The notes under the pieces are model-generated. The model was given only the letters and a program-made list of their open reading frames with translations. It did not search any database and was not told the origin of the DNA. 64,000 nucleotides of DNA, taken from positions 540 to 64,539 of the forward strand of contig JBJEKL010000007.1 in the NCBI GenBank assembly GCA_051878615.1. Direction: 5' to 3'. Every line of letters begins with the position of its first letter. Within the stretch, counting starts at the first letter, position 1. This stretch comes from Bacteroidaceae bacterium (GTDB lineage Bacteria > Bacteroidota > Bacteroidia > Bacteroidales > Bacteroidaceae). Position numbers and translations under genes: made by a program. Shown piece after piece: positions 46,935-56,197 of the stretch.

Positions 46935-47222
46935 ATGAACAACAAGGAATTCATCAGCGAACTAAGCAACCGTACAGGATTAAATGCCAAGGAGACGACC
47001 GCATACTCGGCTGCACTCGTTGCCACCCTATCCCGCCACCTGGCTGAAGAAAACACGGTGGCCATCTCCGGCTTCGGACAATTTGAAGTCAAGCGCAAGA
47101 TGGAACGCATCATCGTCAATCCGGCAAGCAAACAACGCATGCTCGTACCCCCGAAGATCGTGGTAGGATTCAAGCCCGTGCCTACACTCAAAGAACGCAT
47201 CAACCAGAAAACCGCCAAGTAA
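46935..47222 (+). CDS. HU-family DNA-binding protein
   Basis: 95 aa with an HU/IHF fold signature (FISELS...GFGQFEVKRK...NPASKQRMLVPPK). Confidence 0.85.
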   Translation: MNNKEFISELSNRTGLNAKETTAYSAALVATLSRHLAEENTVAISGFGQFEVKRKMERIIVNPASKQRMLVPPKIVVGFKPVPTLKERINQKTAK

Positions 47223-47223
47223 G

Positions 47224-48408
47224 ATGAAAGGGAACAAAATAAACTGGCAAGACCTGGCTGCCGATATGGCAGCAAGCGCAGGCATACATCGTAAGGATGC
47301 CGAAGCTTTTGTGCGCTCATTCTTCGATGTCCTGGGCGACGGTATTCTGGCAGACAAATCGGTCAAGGTAAAGGCGCTCGGCACCTTCAAACTGGTGGAG
47401 GTGCAGGAAAGAGAAAGCGTAAACGTGAACACAGGAGAGCGTATCACCATCTCGGGACATTCCAAAATAGGCTTTCTCCCCGACAACGCCCTGAAAGAAC
47501 TCGTCAACAAACCCTTTGCCTATTTCCAGACCGTAATCCTCAACGAGGGTACCACCACCGAAGAAATAGAGGAAATCAACAGGAAATATCCCTCGGAAGA
47601 ACAGGAGGAGGAAGCTCCAGAAGTGCCAGCCATCATCACTCCGGCAACAGAAGAGCCCACCGCACGATCCGAAGAGGACGTGGTGGAGGAAACCACCACA
47701 GAGGGAACTATGGTCCCAAGCATCGCCACACCAGAAGAGCAGGAGCAGACCACCGGAGAGACAGACTGCAAGACACCCCCTGATACGACCACAGAGAAGG
47801 AACGTTACGGCCAGACGGAACTTTACCCTGGAACAGAAGAGAAAACGACACAAATACCCACGACCCACATGAAAACAGAAGAAAACCGACACAAGCACAA
47901 CATCTGGCGCACTCTCTTCCTCACGCTGGTGAGTGTGCTCGTCATGATCGCATGCTACATGGCCGGATACCTCAGGCTCGTAGACATGAGCTGGCTGTGC
48001 ATGCCACCTGCAGCAGAACCCACAGAGACACCTGCCGAGACAACACGTGACGGACAGGAGGGAGCACAAAAGAAAGCGACGGAAGCACTTCCGGAAAAGT
48101 CTGAGGCTCGGGAAGAGACGACACCACAGGTACAAACTGAAAAGGAACCATCTCAGACCGACAGGAACAAATTCGTGGAGGCTTCGAAAAACTTCCCCCA
48201 GCTGGCAGGAGGAAAATACCTCATCGTGGGTATACTTAAGACAAGAGCCATGAAACGAGGAGACAACCTCTACCGTATGGCACGAGAGGAATACGGAGAC
48301 AAGAGCATAGCCGAATACATCAAGGCACTCAACCAGTTCTCCAATCCCGACAACATACCCATAGGATACGAAGTGAAACTGCCCGAATTATACGAAATGG
48401 GGAAATGA
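47224..48408 (+). CDS. Membrane-anchored HU-domain protein with an acidic linker and a C-terminal LysM-like domain
   Basis: 394 aa. It has an N-terminal HU-like domain (GTFKLVEVQERESVNVNTGERITISGH), an E/T/P-rich low-complexity segment and one TM helix (WRTLFLTLVSVLVMIACYMAGYL). The C-terminus is LysM-like (KRGDNLYRMA...NIPIGYEVKLP). Confidence 0.65.
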   Translation: MKGNKINWQDLAADMAASAGIHRKDAEAFVRSFFDVLGDGILADKSVKVKALGTFKLVEVQERESVNVNTGERITISGHSKIGFLPDNALKELVNKPFAYFQTVILNEGTTTEEIEEINRKYPSEEQEEEAPEVPAIITPATEEPTARSEEDVVEETTTEGTMVPSIATPEEQEQTTGETDCKTPPDTTTEKERYGQTELYPGTEEKTTQIPTTHMKTEENRHKHNIWRTLFLTLVSVLVMIACYMAGYLRLVDMSWLCMPPAAEPTETPAETTRDGQEGAQKKATEALPEKSEAREETTPQVQTEKEPSQTDRNKFVEASKNFPQLAGGKYLIVGILKTRAMKRGDNLYRMAREEYGDKSIAEYIKALNQFSNPDNIPIGYEVKLPELYEMGK

Positions 48409-48440
48409 CATCTACGCGGAATTAAACACATTTAACAAAT

Positions 48441-48483
48441 AGCCACATGCGAAGCAACCATTTTTTACACTTCACATGTGGCT
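48441..48483 (+). terminator. Terminator hairpin after the HU-LysM gene
   Basis: 9-bp stem AGCCACATG/CATGTGGCT, 33 nt after the stop. Confidence 0.5.
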
Positions 48484-48501
48484 TATCCGTGCTAAAAGCC
48501 G

Positions 48502-48509
48502 TATTTTTG
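48502..48509 (+). promoter_or_regulatory. -7 box TATTTTTG upstream of the MoxR/Bat operon
   Basis: TAnnTTTG match 43 nt before the ATG at 48552. Confidence 0.45.
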
Positions 48510-48551
48510 CGTGAAATTAAAAAACAGAGATAAAATAACGAATATAGCATT

Positions 48552-49547
48552 ATGGCAGAATCAGTAGACATTCGTGCATTGAACGAACTGATAGAAAAAC
48601 AAAGCCCATTCGTGACAAACCTGACAACAGGCATGAATCGCGTAATCGTGGGACAGAAACATCTGATAGAGTCACTCCTCATCGGGTTGCTGAGTGACGG
48701 ACACATCCTGCTCGAAGGCGTACCAGGCCTGGCAAAGACCAAGGCAATCAAGACCCTCTCGCAACTGGTAGAAGCAAAATTCAGCCGTATACAGTTTACC
48801 CCTGACCTGCTTCCTGCCGACGTCATCGGAACCATGATATACAGTCAGAAGGACGAACGATTCGTGGTAGAACGTGGTCCCGTCTTCGCCAACTTCATTC
48901 TGGCCGACGAGATCAACCGCGCTCCGGCAAAGGTACAGAGCGCTCTGCTCGAGGCCATGCAGGAGCGGCAGGTGACCATCGGAAAAGAAACATTCGCATT
49001 GCCCAAGCCTTTCCTCGTGCTCGCCACACAAAACCCCATCGAGCAGGAAGGCACATATCCCCTACCCGAAGCACAAGTGGACCGCTTCATGCTCAAGGTC
49101 ATCATCGATTATCCCAAGCAGGACGAAGAGAAACTCATCATACGCCAGAATATCAGCGGAGAAAAGACCGAGGTGAAACCAGTGGTGACCACACAGGATG
49201 TGGAGAATGCACGCGAAGTGGTGCGTAACGTCTATCTGGACGAGAAAATAGAACAATACATCTCCGACATCGTATTCTGCACACGATACCCCGAGAAATA
49301 TGGACTGAAGGACATACAGGACTACATCGAATTCGGCGGTTCGCCCCGTGCCAGTATCAACCTGGCTTTGGCAGCCCGTGCATATGCCTTCCTGAAGCAT
49401 CGCGGATACGTGATTCCCGAGGACGTCCGTGCCGTGGCCCACGACGTGCTGCGCCACCGCATCGGTCTCACCTACGAGGCAGAAGCCAACAACGTGACCT
49501 GCGAAGAACTGGTAAGCAAAATCGTGAACAAGGTGGAGGTGCCATAA
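48552..49547 (+). CDS. MoxR-family AAA+ ATPase (first gene of the Bat operon)
   Basis: 331 aa with Walker A EGVPGLAKT, Walker B ILADEINR and a QNPIEQEGTYPLPEAQ.DRF block. Confidence 0.9.
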   Translation: MAESVDIRALNELIEKQSPFVTNLTTGMNRVIVGQKHLIESLLIGLLSDGHILLEGVPGLAKTKAIKTLSQLVEAKFSRIQFTPDLLPADVIGTMIYSQKDERFVVERGPVFANFILADEINRAPAKVQSALLEAMQERQVTIGKETFALPKPFLVLATQNPIEQEGTYPLPEAQVDRFMLKVIIDYPKQDEEKLIIRQNISGEKTEVKPVVTTQDVENAREVVRNVYLDEKIEQYISDIVFCTRYPEKYGLKDIQDYIEFGGSPRASINLALAARAYAFLKHRGYVIPEDVRAVAHDVLRHRIGLTYEAEANNVTCEELVSKIVNKVEVP

Positions 49548-49586
49548 TCAAGCCTCCGGAAAACACAGAAGCAAGAGAAAAGTGCG

Positions 49587-50456
49587 ATGGAGACATCAGA
49601 GATTCTAAAGCGCGTCCGGCAGATTGAAATCAAGACCCGTGGCTTGAGCAACAACATCTTCGCAGGAGAATACCACTCCGCCTTCAAAGGACGAGGCATG
49701 GCCTTCTCCGAAGTGAGAGAATACCAGTACGGAGATGATATACGCGATATAGAATGGAACGTAACCGCGCGCTTCAACAAGCCATACGTCAAGGTCTTTG
49801 AGGAAGAAAGGGAACTGACAGTCATGCTCCTGGTGGACGTGAGCGGAAGCCTGAACTTCGGCACACAGAAGCAGACGAAGCGAGACATGCAGACCGAGAT
49901 AGGAGCTACCCTGGCATTCTCCGCCATCCAAAACAACGACAAGATAGGAGTCATCTTCTTCTCTGACAAAATCGAGAAGTTCATCCCCCCGAAAAAAGGC
50001 AGAAAACACATCCTGTACATCATCAGGGAACTGTTGGACTTCAAGCCAGAAAGCCAGCGCACCGACATACGCGGAGCCATAGAGTACCTCACACAAGTCA
50101 TCAAACGCAGATGTACCGCTTTCCTGCTGAGTGACTTTCTGGACAAGGGAGATTTCAGACAGACGTTGACCATAGCCAATCGGAAGCATGACATAGTGGC
50201 CATACAGGTATATGACCGACGACTGGCAGAATTGCCTGACGTAGGCTTGATGAAGATGAAGGACAACGAGACAGGACAGGAAATAATCGTGGACACAAGC
50301 AGCAGGCAAGTACGCCGCGAGCATGCCCTATGGTGGAAGAACCAGAAGGAGAGACTTGCCGACACATTCAACCGAAGCAATGTGGATGCCGTAAGCATCC
50401 GGACAGACGGAGACTACGTGTCGGCCCTGATGTCGCTCTTTGCCAAACGAAACTGA
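49587..50456 (+). CDS. DUF58-domain protein (MoxR partner)
   Basis: 289 aa with G.Y.SAFKGRGMAFSEVREYQYGDDIRDIEWNVTAR and a degenerate VWA-like LLVDVSGS motif. Confidence 0.8.
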   Translation: METSEILKRVRQIEIKTRGLSNNIFAGEYHSAFKGRGMAFSEVREYQYGDDIRDIEWNVTARFNKPYVKVFEEERELTVMLLVDVSGSLNFGTQKQTKRDMQTEIGATLAFSAIQNNDKIGVIFFSDKIEKFIPPKKGRKHILYIIRELLDFKPESQRTDIRGAIEYLTQVIKRRCTAFLLSDFLDKGDFRQTLTIANRKHDIVAIQVYDRRLAELPDVGLMKMKDNETGQEIIVDTSSRQVRREHALWWKNQKERLADTFNRSNVDAVSIRTDGDYVSALMSLFAKRN

Positions 50457-50458
50457 CG

Positions 50459-51559
50459 ATGAACAGATATCTATCCATAAGGAACAAGACATTATCGATG
50501 ATCATTCTCTTGTGCGCATCCCTCATGCCCATAAGCGCACAAGTAAAGGTCAGTGCAAAAATAGATTCGCTGGAACTGGTCATTGGCCAGCAGACAGGCA
50601 TCACCCTGGATGTAGCCTGCAACAAAGGTCAGAAACTGCAGATGCCACAGATAAAAGTGGGAGCAGAACTGATGCCTAATGTAGAGATTATCTCGGTGGG
50701 CATACCCGACACGACCCTGCTCAACGAGGGCAAACGCATAGAGGTCACACAACAACTTACTGTGACAGCATGGGATTCCTCGTTCTATTACCTGCCACCA
50801 TTTGAGATTTCCGTGGATGGAAAGGTTTACAAGACCAATAGCCTGGCCTTGAAGGTATACCCCGTGGAACCCCTCGATACCCTCCACCTCGACCAGTTTT
50901 TCCCATCCTATGGATATATGGAGCCGGAATTCAGCTGGGAAGACTGGCAAGGAGCCATCTGGAGTTCCTTCCTTTTCACGCTCCTGCTGATAATCGCATA
51001 TATATTATATGATCGTGCACGCAAGGGAAAGCCCATCGTACGTATCATCCACCGCAAGAAACGTCTGCCACCCCATCAGGTGGCCATCAGCGAAATAGAA
51101 CGTATCAAGAGCGACCGCTCCCTGGCAGACGGTGACAGCAAGGAATACTATACGCTGCTGACCAACACCTTGCGCACCTATATCCAAAGCCGGTACGGAT
51201 TCAGCGCCATGGAGATGACCTCAGCCGAAATCATAGACAGACTGATACAGGAGAATGATGAGGAATCGCTTCGCGAACTGAGAGACATCTTCAATACGGC
51301 CGACCTGGTGAAGTTTGCAAAATACACCACACTCATCAACGAAAATGACGCCAATCTGGTGGCTGCCGTGGAATACATCAACCAGACAAAGCAAGAGGAA
51401 GATCCAAACGCAAAACCCGAACCGGAGATTATCAAAGAGACCGACCAGAAACGCATGAACCAGGTACGTGGCATGCAAATTGCCGCAGCAATACTGGTGG
51501 CAGTATCAATCGCCCTGATGGCATATGCAGTATGGCGTGCGGCCGATTTGCTGATGTAA
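50459..51559 (+). CDS. Hypothetical membrane protein of the Bat operon (BatD-like N-terminal domain)
   Basis: The ORF opens at 50330. The signal peptide MNRYLSIRNKTLSMIILLCASLMPISAQ starts at 50459, 2 nt after the DUF58 stop codon (TGA at 50454-50456). It has two TM helices, one central and one C-terminal. Confidence 0.55.
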   Translation: MNRYLSIRNKTLSMIILLCASLMPISAQVKVSAKIDSLELVIGQQTGITLDVACNKGQKLQMPQIKVGAELMPNVEIISVGIPDTTLLNEGKRIEVTQQLTVTAWDSSFYYLPPFEISVDGKVYKTNSLALKVYPVEPLDTLHLDQFFPSYGYMEPEFSWEDWQGAIWSSFLFTLLLIIAYILYDRARKGKPIVRIIHRKKRLPPHQVAISEIERIKSDRSLADGDSKEYYTLLTNTLRTYIQSRYGFSAMEMTSAEIIDRLIQENDEESLRELRDIFNTADLVKFAKYTTLINENDANLVAAVEYINQTKQEEDPNAKPEPEIIKETDQKRMNQVRGMQIAAAILVAVSIALMAYAVWRAADLLM

Positions 51560-51590
51560 ATCCTAACAGAAGGTAGAGAAGAATACGATT

Positions 51591-52589
51591 ATGACATTTT
51601 CCAATTCAGAATATCTCTTTCTGCTATTATTGCTGATACCCTATGTGGCATGGTACCTGCTCTGCCATCTCAAGCAGGCACCCAGCATGTCGGTCAGCAC
51701 CATAGCGCCATTCATACACCGACACAAGTCATTCAGGCAAAGGCTTATACACCTGCCTTTCATGTGCAGACTCGCATGCATAGCCTTAGCCATCGTAGCC
51801 TTGGCACGTCCCCAGACAACAGACAACTGGAGCACCAAAAACATAGAGGGTATCGATATCATGCTTTGCATGGACGTGAGTACGAGCATGCTGGCCGAGG
51901 ACCTCAAACCCAACCGAATAGAAGCAGCCAAGCAGGTGGCCATGGAGTTTATCAACGGGCGCCCTAATGACAATATCGGACTCACACTCTTTGCCGGCGA
52001 GGCTTACACACAATGCCCCATGACCGTCGACCATGCCGTGCTACTCAACCTGCTTAACGGCATGAGAGTGGACATGGCCGAGCGCGGACTCATATCTGAT
52101 GGTACGGCCATCGGTATGGGTATTGCCAATGCCGTCACACGTCTGAAAGACAGCAAAGCCAAGAGCAAGGTCATCATCTTGCTGACAGACGGAACCAACA
52201 ACTGCGGACAGATAAGTCCCAACACGGCAGCAGACATCGCCAAGAGTTTCGGCATCAGAGTATACACCATTGGTGTGGGAAGCAACGGAAGTGCACCCTA
52301 CCCCTTCAGAATAGGCGGGCAAACGGTCTATCAGAACATTCCTGTGGAAATTGACACCAAAACGCTTACAGCCATTGCCGCAACGACAGATGCCGAGTTT
52401 TATCGAGCAAACAACACAAGCAAGTTGCGCGAGGTATATAAGCAGATTGACATGTTGGAGAAGACAAAGATGAACGTAAGGAAATATTCCAAGCGATACG
52501 AAGCGTTCTTCCCGTTCATGCTGTTCTCGATAATATTCCTCTTCATGGATATATTGTTGCGCAAGACCTTACTGAAACGAATTCCATAA
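51591..52589 (+). CDS. batA: VWA-domain membrane protein BatA
   Basis: 332 aa with N-terminal TM helices, a VWA MIDAS motif (MLCMDVSTSM, LLTDGTNN) and a C-terminal TM helix. Confidence 0.8.
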   Translation: MTFSNSEYLFLLLLLIPYVAWYLLCHLKQAPSMSVSTIAPFIHRHKSFRQRLIHLPFMCRLACIALAIVALARPQTTDNWSTKNIEGIDIMLCMDVSTSMLAEDLKPNRIEAAKQVAMEFINGRPNDNIGLTLFAGEAYTQCPMTVDHAVLLNLLNGMRVDMAERGLISDGTAIGMGIANAVTRLKDSKAKSKVIILLTDGTNNCGQISPNTAADIAKSFGIRVYTIGVGSNGSAPYPFRIGGQTVYQNIPVEIDTKTLTAIAATTDAEFYRANNTSKLREVYKQIDMLEKTKMNVRKYSKRYEAFFPFMLFSIIFLFMDILLRKTLLKRIP

Positions 52590-52611
52590 TCTCACGCAAG
52601 GAGAATTGAAT

Positions 52612-53646
52612 ATGTTCAGATTCGAAAACCCACAATACCTATATTTCATGGCTGGCATCATCCTGCTTGCCATGGTACACTATTATGCACTCTATTCCAG
52701 GAAAAAGAACCTGAAGGAGTATGGCGATCCTGACCTACTGAAGAATCTCTTCGTGGGCGTATCGCGATGGCGGCCCGAAGTAAAATTCTGGCTCTGCCAA
52801 CTGGCTTTGGCCTCCTTTATCATTGCCCTGGCACGTCCACAATTCGGGACACGCATGGAGAAACAGGAACGCCAGGGTATCGAGGCGCTTATCCTGCTCG
52901 ATGTAAGCAACTCCATGATGGCAGAGGACGTCAAGCCCAACCGCCTGGAAAAGGCCAAGATGATGATAAGCAACATGGTGGAAAACATGAAGGATGACAA
53001 GGTGGGACTGATTGTCTATGCAGGCCAAGCCTTCACCCAGTTACCCATCACGAGTGATTACGTGAGTGCGAAAATGTTTCTGGAGACCATCTCTCCTGCC
53101 ATGGTTACGGTACAGGGAACTGATATTGCAGCAGCCATCGAACTGGGTATGCATAGTTTCACCAATCAGGAAGGAGTCAGCAGGGCTCTCTTTGTGATTA
53201 CGGATGGAGAAGACAACGAGGGAGGAGCCGTGGAGGCCGCAAAAGAAGCGGCAAAGAAAGGCATGCGCGTGTACCTATTAGGAATAGGTGACCCCAACGG
53301 AGCTCCCATTCCACAACAAGGCAGCTCCAACTATATCCTTGATGAAGAAGGGAATGTGGTGGTCTCCAAACTGAATGAGGATATGTGTCGCGAGATAGCC
53401 AAGGCAGGAAATGGCGCCTACATTTATGTAGACAACAGCAGTTCAGCCCAAGTAAAATTAAACGAGCAAATTAATCGTCTGGCCAAGACACGTATGGAAA
53501 GCATGATGTACAACGATTACGATGAACAATTCCAGGGCTTTGTGCTTTTGGGCCTCTTCTTCCTCTTACTGGATATCATGCTCATGGAAAGAGAAAACAA
53601 ACGCTTCAACTTCTCAAAAATCTTCAGCCGGAGGACAAGATCATGA
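52612..53646 (+). CDS. batB: VWA-domain membrane protein BatB
   Basis: The ATG is at 52612 (the ORF opens at a TTG at 52606). VWA MIDAS motifs are ILLDVSNSM and VITDGEDNEG. TM helices lie at both ends. Confidence 0.8.
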   Translation: MFRFENPQYLYFMAGIILLAMVHYYALYSRKKNLKEYGDPDLLKNLFVGVSRWRPEVKFWLCQLALASFIIALARPQFGTRMEKQERQGIEALILLDVSNSMMAEDVKPNRLEKAKMMISNMVENMKDDKVGLIVYAGQAFTQLPITSDYVSAKMFLETISPAMVTVQGTDIAAAIELGMHSFTNQEGVSRALFVITDGEDNEGGAVEAAKEAAKKGMRVYLLGIGDPNGAPIPQQGSSNYILDEEGNVVVSKLNEDMCREIAKAGNGAYIYVDNSSSAQVKLNEQINRLAKTRMESMMYNDYDEQFQGFVLLGLFFLLLDIMLMERENKRFNFSKIFSRRTRS

Positions 53647-54341
53647 AAATTATCACAACCATCATACTCTGCTTGGCTACCATGGCAATACCATCCGCAG
53701 CCCAAAACAGCAGAGACTACATTCGCAAGGGCAACCGATTGATGCGGGACACGGCCTATGCCAAAGCTCAAGTGCAATATCAGAAAGCCGTGGAGGCAGA
53801 CAATGCCAACTCACGAGCTCACTACAATCTAGGTAACGCCATGTCGCTCCAGTCGAAAACCGAAGATGCCATGAAGGAGTATCAGACGGCCATCAAACTG
53901 GAGAAAAACAAGAACCGTCTGGCACAGATGTACCACAACATGGGCGTACTCATGCAATCGGCCAAGCAACCAGACAAGGCCCTGGAATGCTACAAACAGT
54001 CACTTCGTAACAACCCTAATTCCGAAGAGACACGTTACAACTATGCCCTGTGCCTACACCAGTTGAAAAAAGGTGGCGGTCAAAACAACCAGGACCAGCA
54101 ACAGGACGAGAACGGACAGGACGAAAAGAAACAACAGGAAAACCAACAGCAGAAAGAAAAACAGGACAAGAAAAACGATAAGCAAGACCAGCAGAAGCAA
54201 CAACCTGATCCACAGCAGATGAGCAAGGAAAACGCGGAACAAATGCTCAAGGCTGCCATGCAGGACGAAAAGGAGACACAAGAGAGGCTTCAGAAGGCTC
54301 AGCAGAGACCTTCCCAGAAACATCTACAGAAACAATGGTGA
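53643..54341 (+). CDS. batC: TPR-repeat protein BatC with a Q/K/D/E-rich tail
   Basis: 232 aa with a signal peptide, three or more TPR-like repeats and a low-complexity C-terminus. An ATGA overlap with batB is present. Confidence 0.7.
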   Translation: MKIITTIILCLATMAIPSAAQNSRDYIRKGNRLMRDTAYAKAQVQYQKAVEADNANSRAHYNLGNAMSLQSKTEDAMKEYQTAIKLEKNKNRLAQMYHNMGVLMQSAKQPDKALECYKQSLRNNPNSEETRYNYALCLHQLKKGGGQNNQDQQQDENGQDEKKQQENQQQKEKQDKKNDKQDQQKQQPDPQQMSKENAEQMLKAAMQDEKETQERLQKAQQRPSQKHLQKQW

Positions 54342-54351
54342 TACACAGGAT

Positions 54352-56190
54352 ATGAAAAGAATATTACTTACCATCATCTGTTCGGCAATGGCTGTTGCCA
54401 TAGTCTCTGCACAGGTGACATTCAAGATAGAGGCGCCTCGACAGACAGAGGTGGGACAACAGATACGCGTGAAATATGTGGCAAACACCACTGACGCAAA
54501 AGGCATCCAGGTGGATGACTTCAACGGGTTTGAGGTTGCATACGGCCCCAGCACCAGCAGGAGCAGCAGTTTCACGATGATTAATGGAAAAACCACCCAG
54601 AGCAGCACCCTTACCTTCACCTATGTGCTTGTTGCCACCAAGGAAGGAACATACAAACTGCCAGAAGCCACTATTGAGGTGGACGGGAAAAGCATCAAGA
54701 GCAACTCTGCCAGCATTGAGGTTCTCCCCGCATCTTCACAAGGAAACAGCAGTAACCAGAATGGTAGTCAAAGCGGCCAATCAGCACAGAACGGACATGG
54801 AGGAAACACATCAGGAGCCAACTCTCAAAACATTGGAACCAAAGACCTATACATGACCGTAACGGCCAATAAGACAAAGGTATACGAGCAGGAAGCTGTT
54901 CTTCTCACCTACAAACTCTACACCTTGGTCAACATACAGCAGATTGCAGGAGAGATTCCCCAACTGGACGGATTCCACGTGCAGGAACTGAATGCCAAAC
55001 AACAGATGTCATTGAAATACGAGCGTGTCAACGGACGTAACTACGGCACGGCCATATGGCGCCAGTATGTTCTCTTCCCTCAGAAATCAGGCAAACTGAA
55101 GATTCCCAGTGTGACCTTTGACACACAGATTGAGGTTCAGAACACCAGTATGGATCCTTTTGACGTATTCTTCGGAGGAGGCAGTCTGATGCAAGTGGTC
55201 AGGAAATCCATTACGGCTCCGTCCTGCGAATTGGAAGTAATGCCACTACCCTCACCCAAGCCAGATAATTTCACGGGGGCAGTAGGACATTTTTCCATCT
55301 CAGGAAACCTTACTCCAGAAGAACTCAAGACGAATGATGCAGCAACCCTTCGCCTGGTGGTAAGCGGCTACGGCAATATGAAATTAATGACCGCACCAAA
55401 AGTAAAGTTCCCCCAGGACTTTGAACTCTACGCCCCTAAAGAAACAGACAAGACAACCTACACCTCTGAGGGTGCCAAAGGCAATAAGGTGTATGACTAT
55501 GTGGCAGTACCCCGTCACGGCGGCACGTTCCATATCCCTGCTGTAGAGTTCTGTTATTTTGACCTTGTGACCAAATCCTACAAGACGCTCACTACCGATT
55601 CCTTGACCATCAAGGTGGCCAAGGGCAAAGGACATGCAGCGAATGCACCCACGGAACAAGAGGACCTGAAAGTCTTGGGTAATGACATCCGGTACATCAA
55701 GATGGGCGGAATAAATGTAGACATGCCGGGAGATCTCGTCTATGGAAGCCGTACATATTGGCTCACCTATCCCGCCCTTCTGCTTATGGCCATCTGCGGA
55801 CTGCTGATCGGAAAAAGAATCATGCGCAGTGGTCAAGGACGCCAAAAAGCAAGCAAGGTGGCATCAAAGAGACTACGTAATGCAGAAAAACTGATGAAGC
55901 AAGGACAAGCCGATCTGTTTTATGAGGAAGTCATGCGTGCCTTGCTTGGTTATGCGGCAGACAAACTGAATATTTCCATGAGCCAACTCACCAAGGACAA
56001 CGTGGCAGAGGCTATGTCCGAACATAAGGTACCCGAAGACCTTGTCAAAAACTATATGGATGTCATGGCCGAATGCGAGTTCGCACGTTTTGCACCAGGA
56101 GAACCCGCGGCAAAGATGGAGAAAATGTACTCAGATGCCTCTGAAACCATCAACAAGTTGGAAGCCTCTATCAAGAAGAATAAGCAGTAG
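54352..56190 (+). CDS. batD: BatD (oxygen-tolerance family) membrane protein
   Basis: 612 aa with a signal peptide, Ig-like extracytoplasmic repeats and a TM helix (YWLTYPALLLMAICGLLIG). The C-terminal part is cytoplasmic. Confidence 0.75.
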   Translation: MKRILLTIICSAMAVAIVSAQVTFKIEAPRQTEVGQQIRVKYVANTTDAKGIQVDDFNGFEVAYGPSTSRSSSFTMINGKTTQSSTLTFTYVLVATKEGTYKLPEATIEVDGKSIKSNSASIEVLPASSQGNSSNQNGSQSGQSAQNGHGGNTSGANSQNIGTKDLYMTVTANKTKVYEQEAVLLTYKLYTLVNIQQIAGEIPQLDGFHVQELNAKQQMSLKYERVNGRNYGTAIWRQYVLFPQKSGKLKIPSVTFDTQIEVQNTSMDPFDVFFGGGSLMQVVRKSITAPSCELEVMPLPSPKPDNFTGAVGHFSISGNLTPEELKTNDAATLRLVVSGYGNMKLMTAPKVKFPQDFELYAPKETDKTTYTSEGAKGNKVYDYVAVPRHGGTFHIPAVEFCYFDLVTKSYKTLTTDSLTIKVAKGKGHAANAPTEQEDLKVLGNDIRYIKMGGINVDMPGDLVYGSRTYWLTYPALLLMAICGLLIGKRIMRSGQGRQKASKVASKRLRNAEKLMKQGQADLFYEEVMRALLGYAADKLNISMSQLTKDNVAEAMSEHKVPEDLVKNYMDVMAECEFARFAPGEPAAKMEKMYSDASETINKLEASIKKNKQ

Positions 56191-56197
56191 AAGAAAA

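Noticed and set aside
54060-54330. The purine-rich DNA encoding the Q/K/D/E-rich BatC tail as a tandem DNA repeat or contingency locus.
   Set aside because: I could find no exact repeating unit. It looks like compositional low complexity driven by CAG/AAG/GAC codons. The Leu-rich antisense ORFs (54016-54323) are a by-product.
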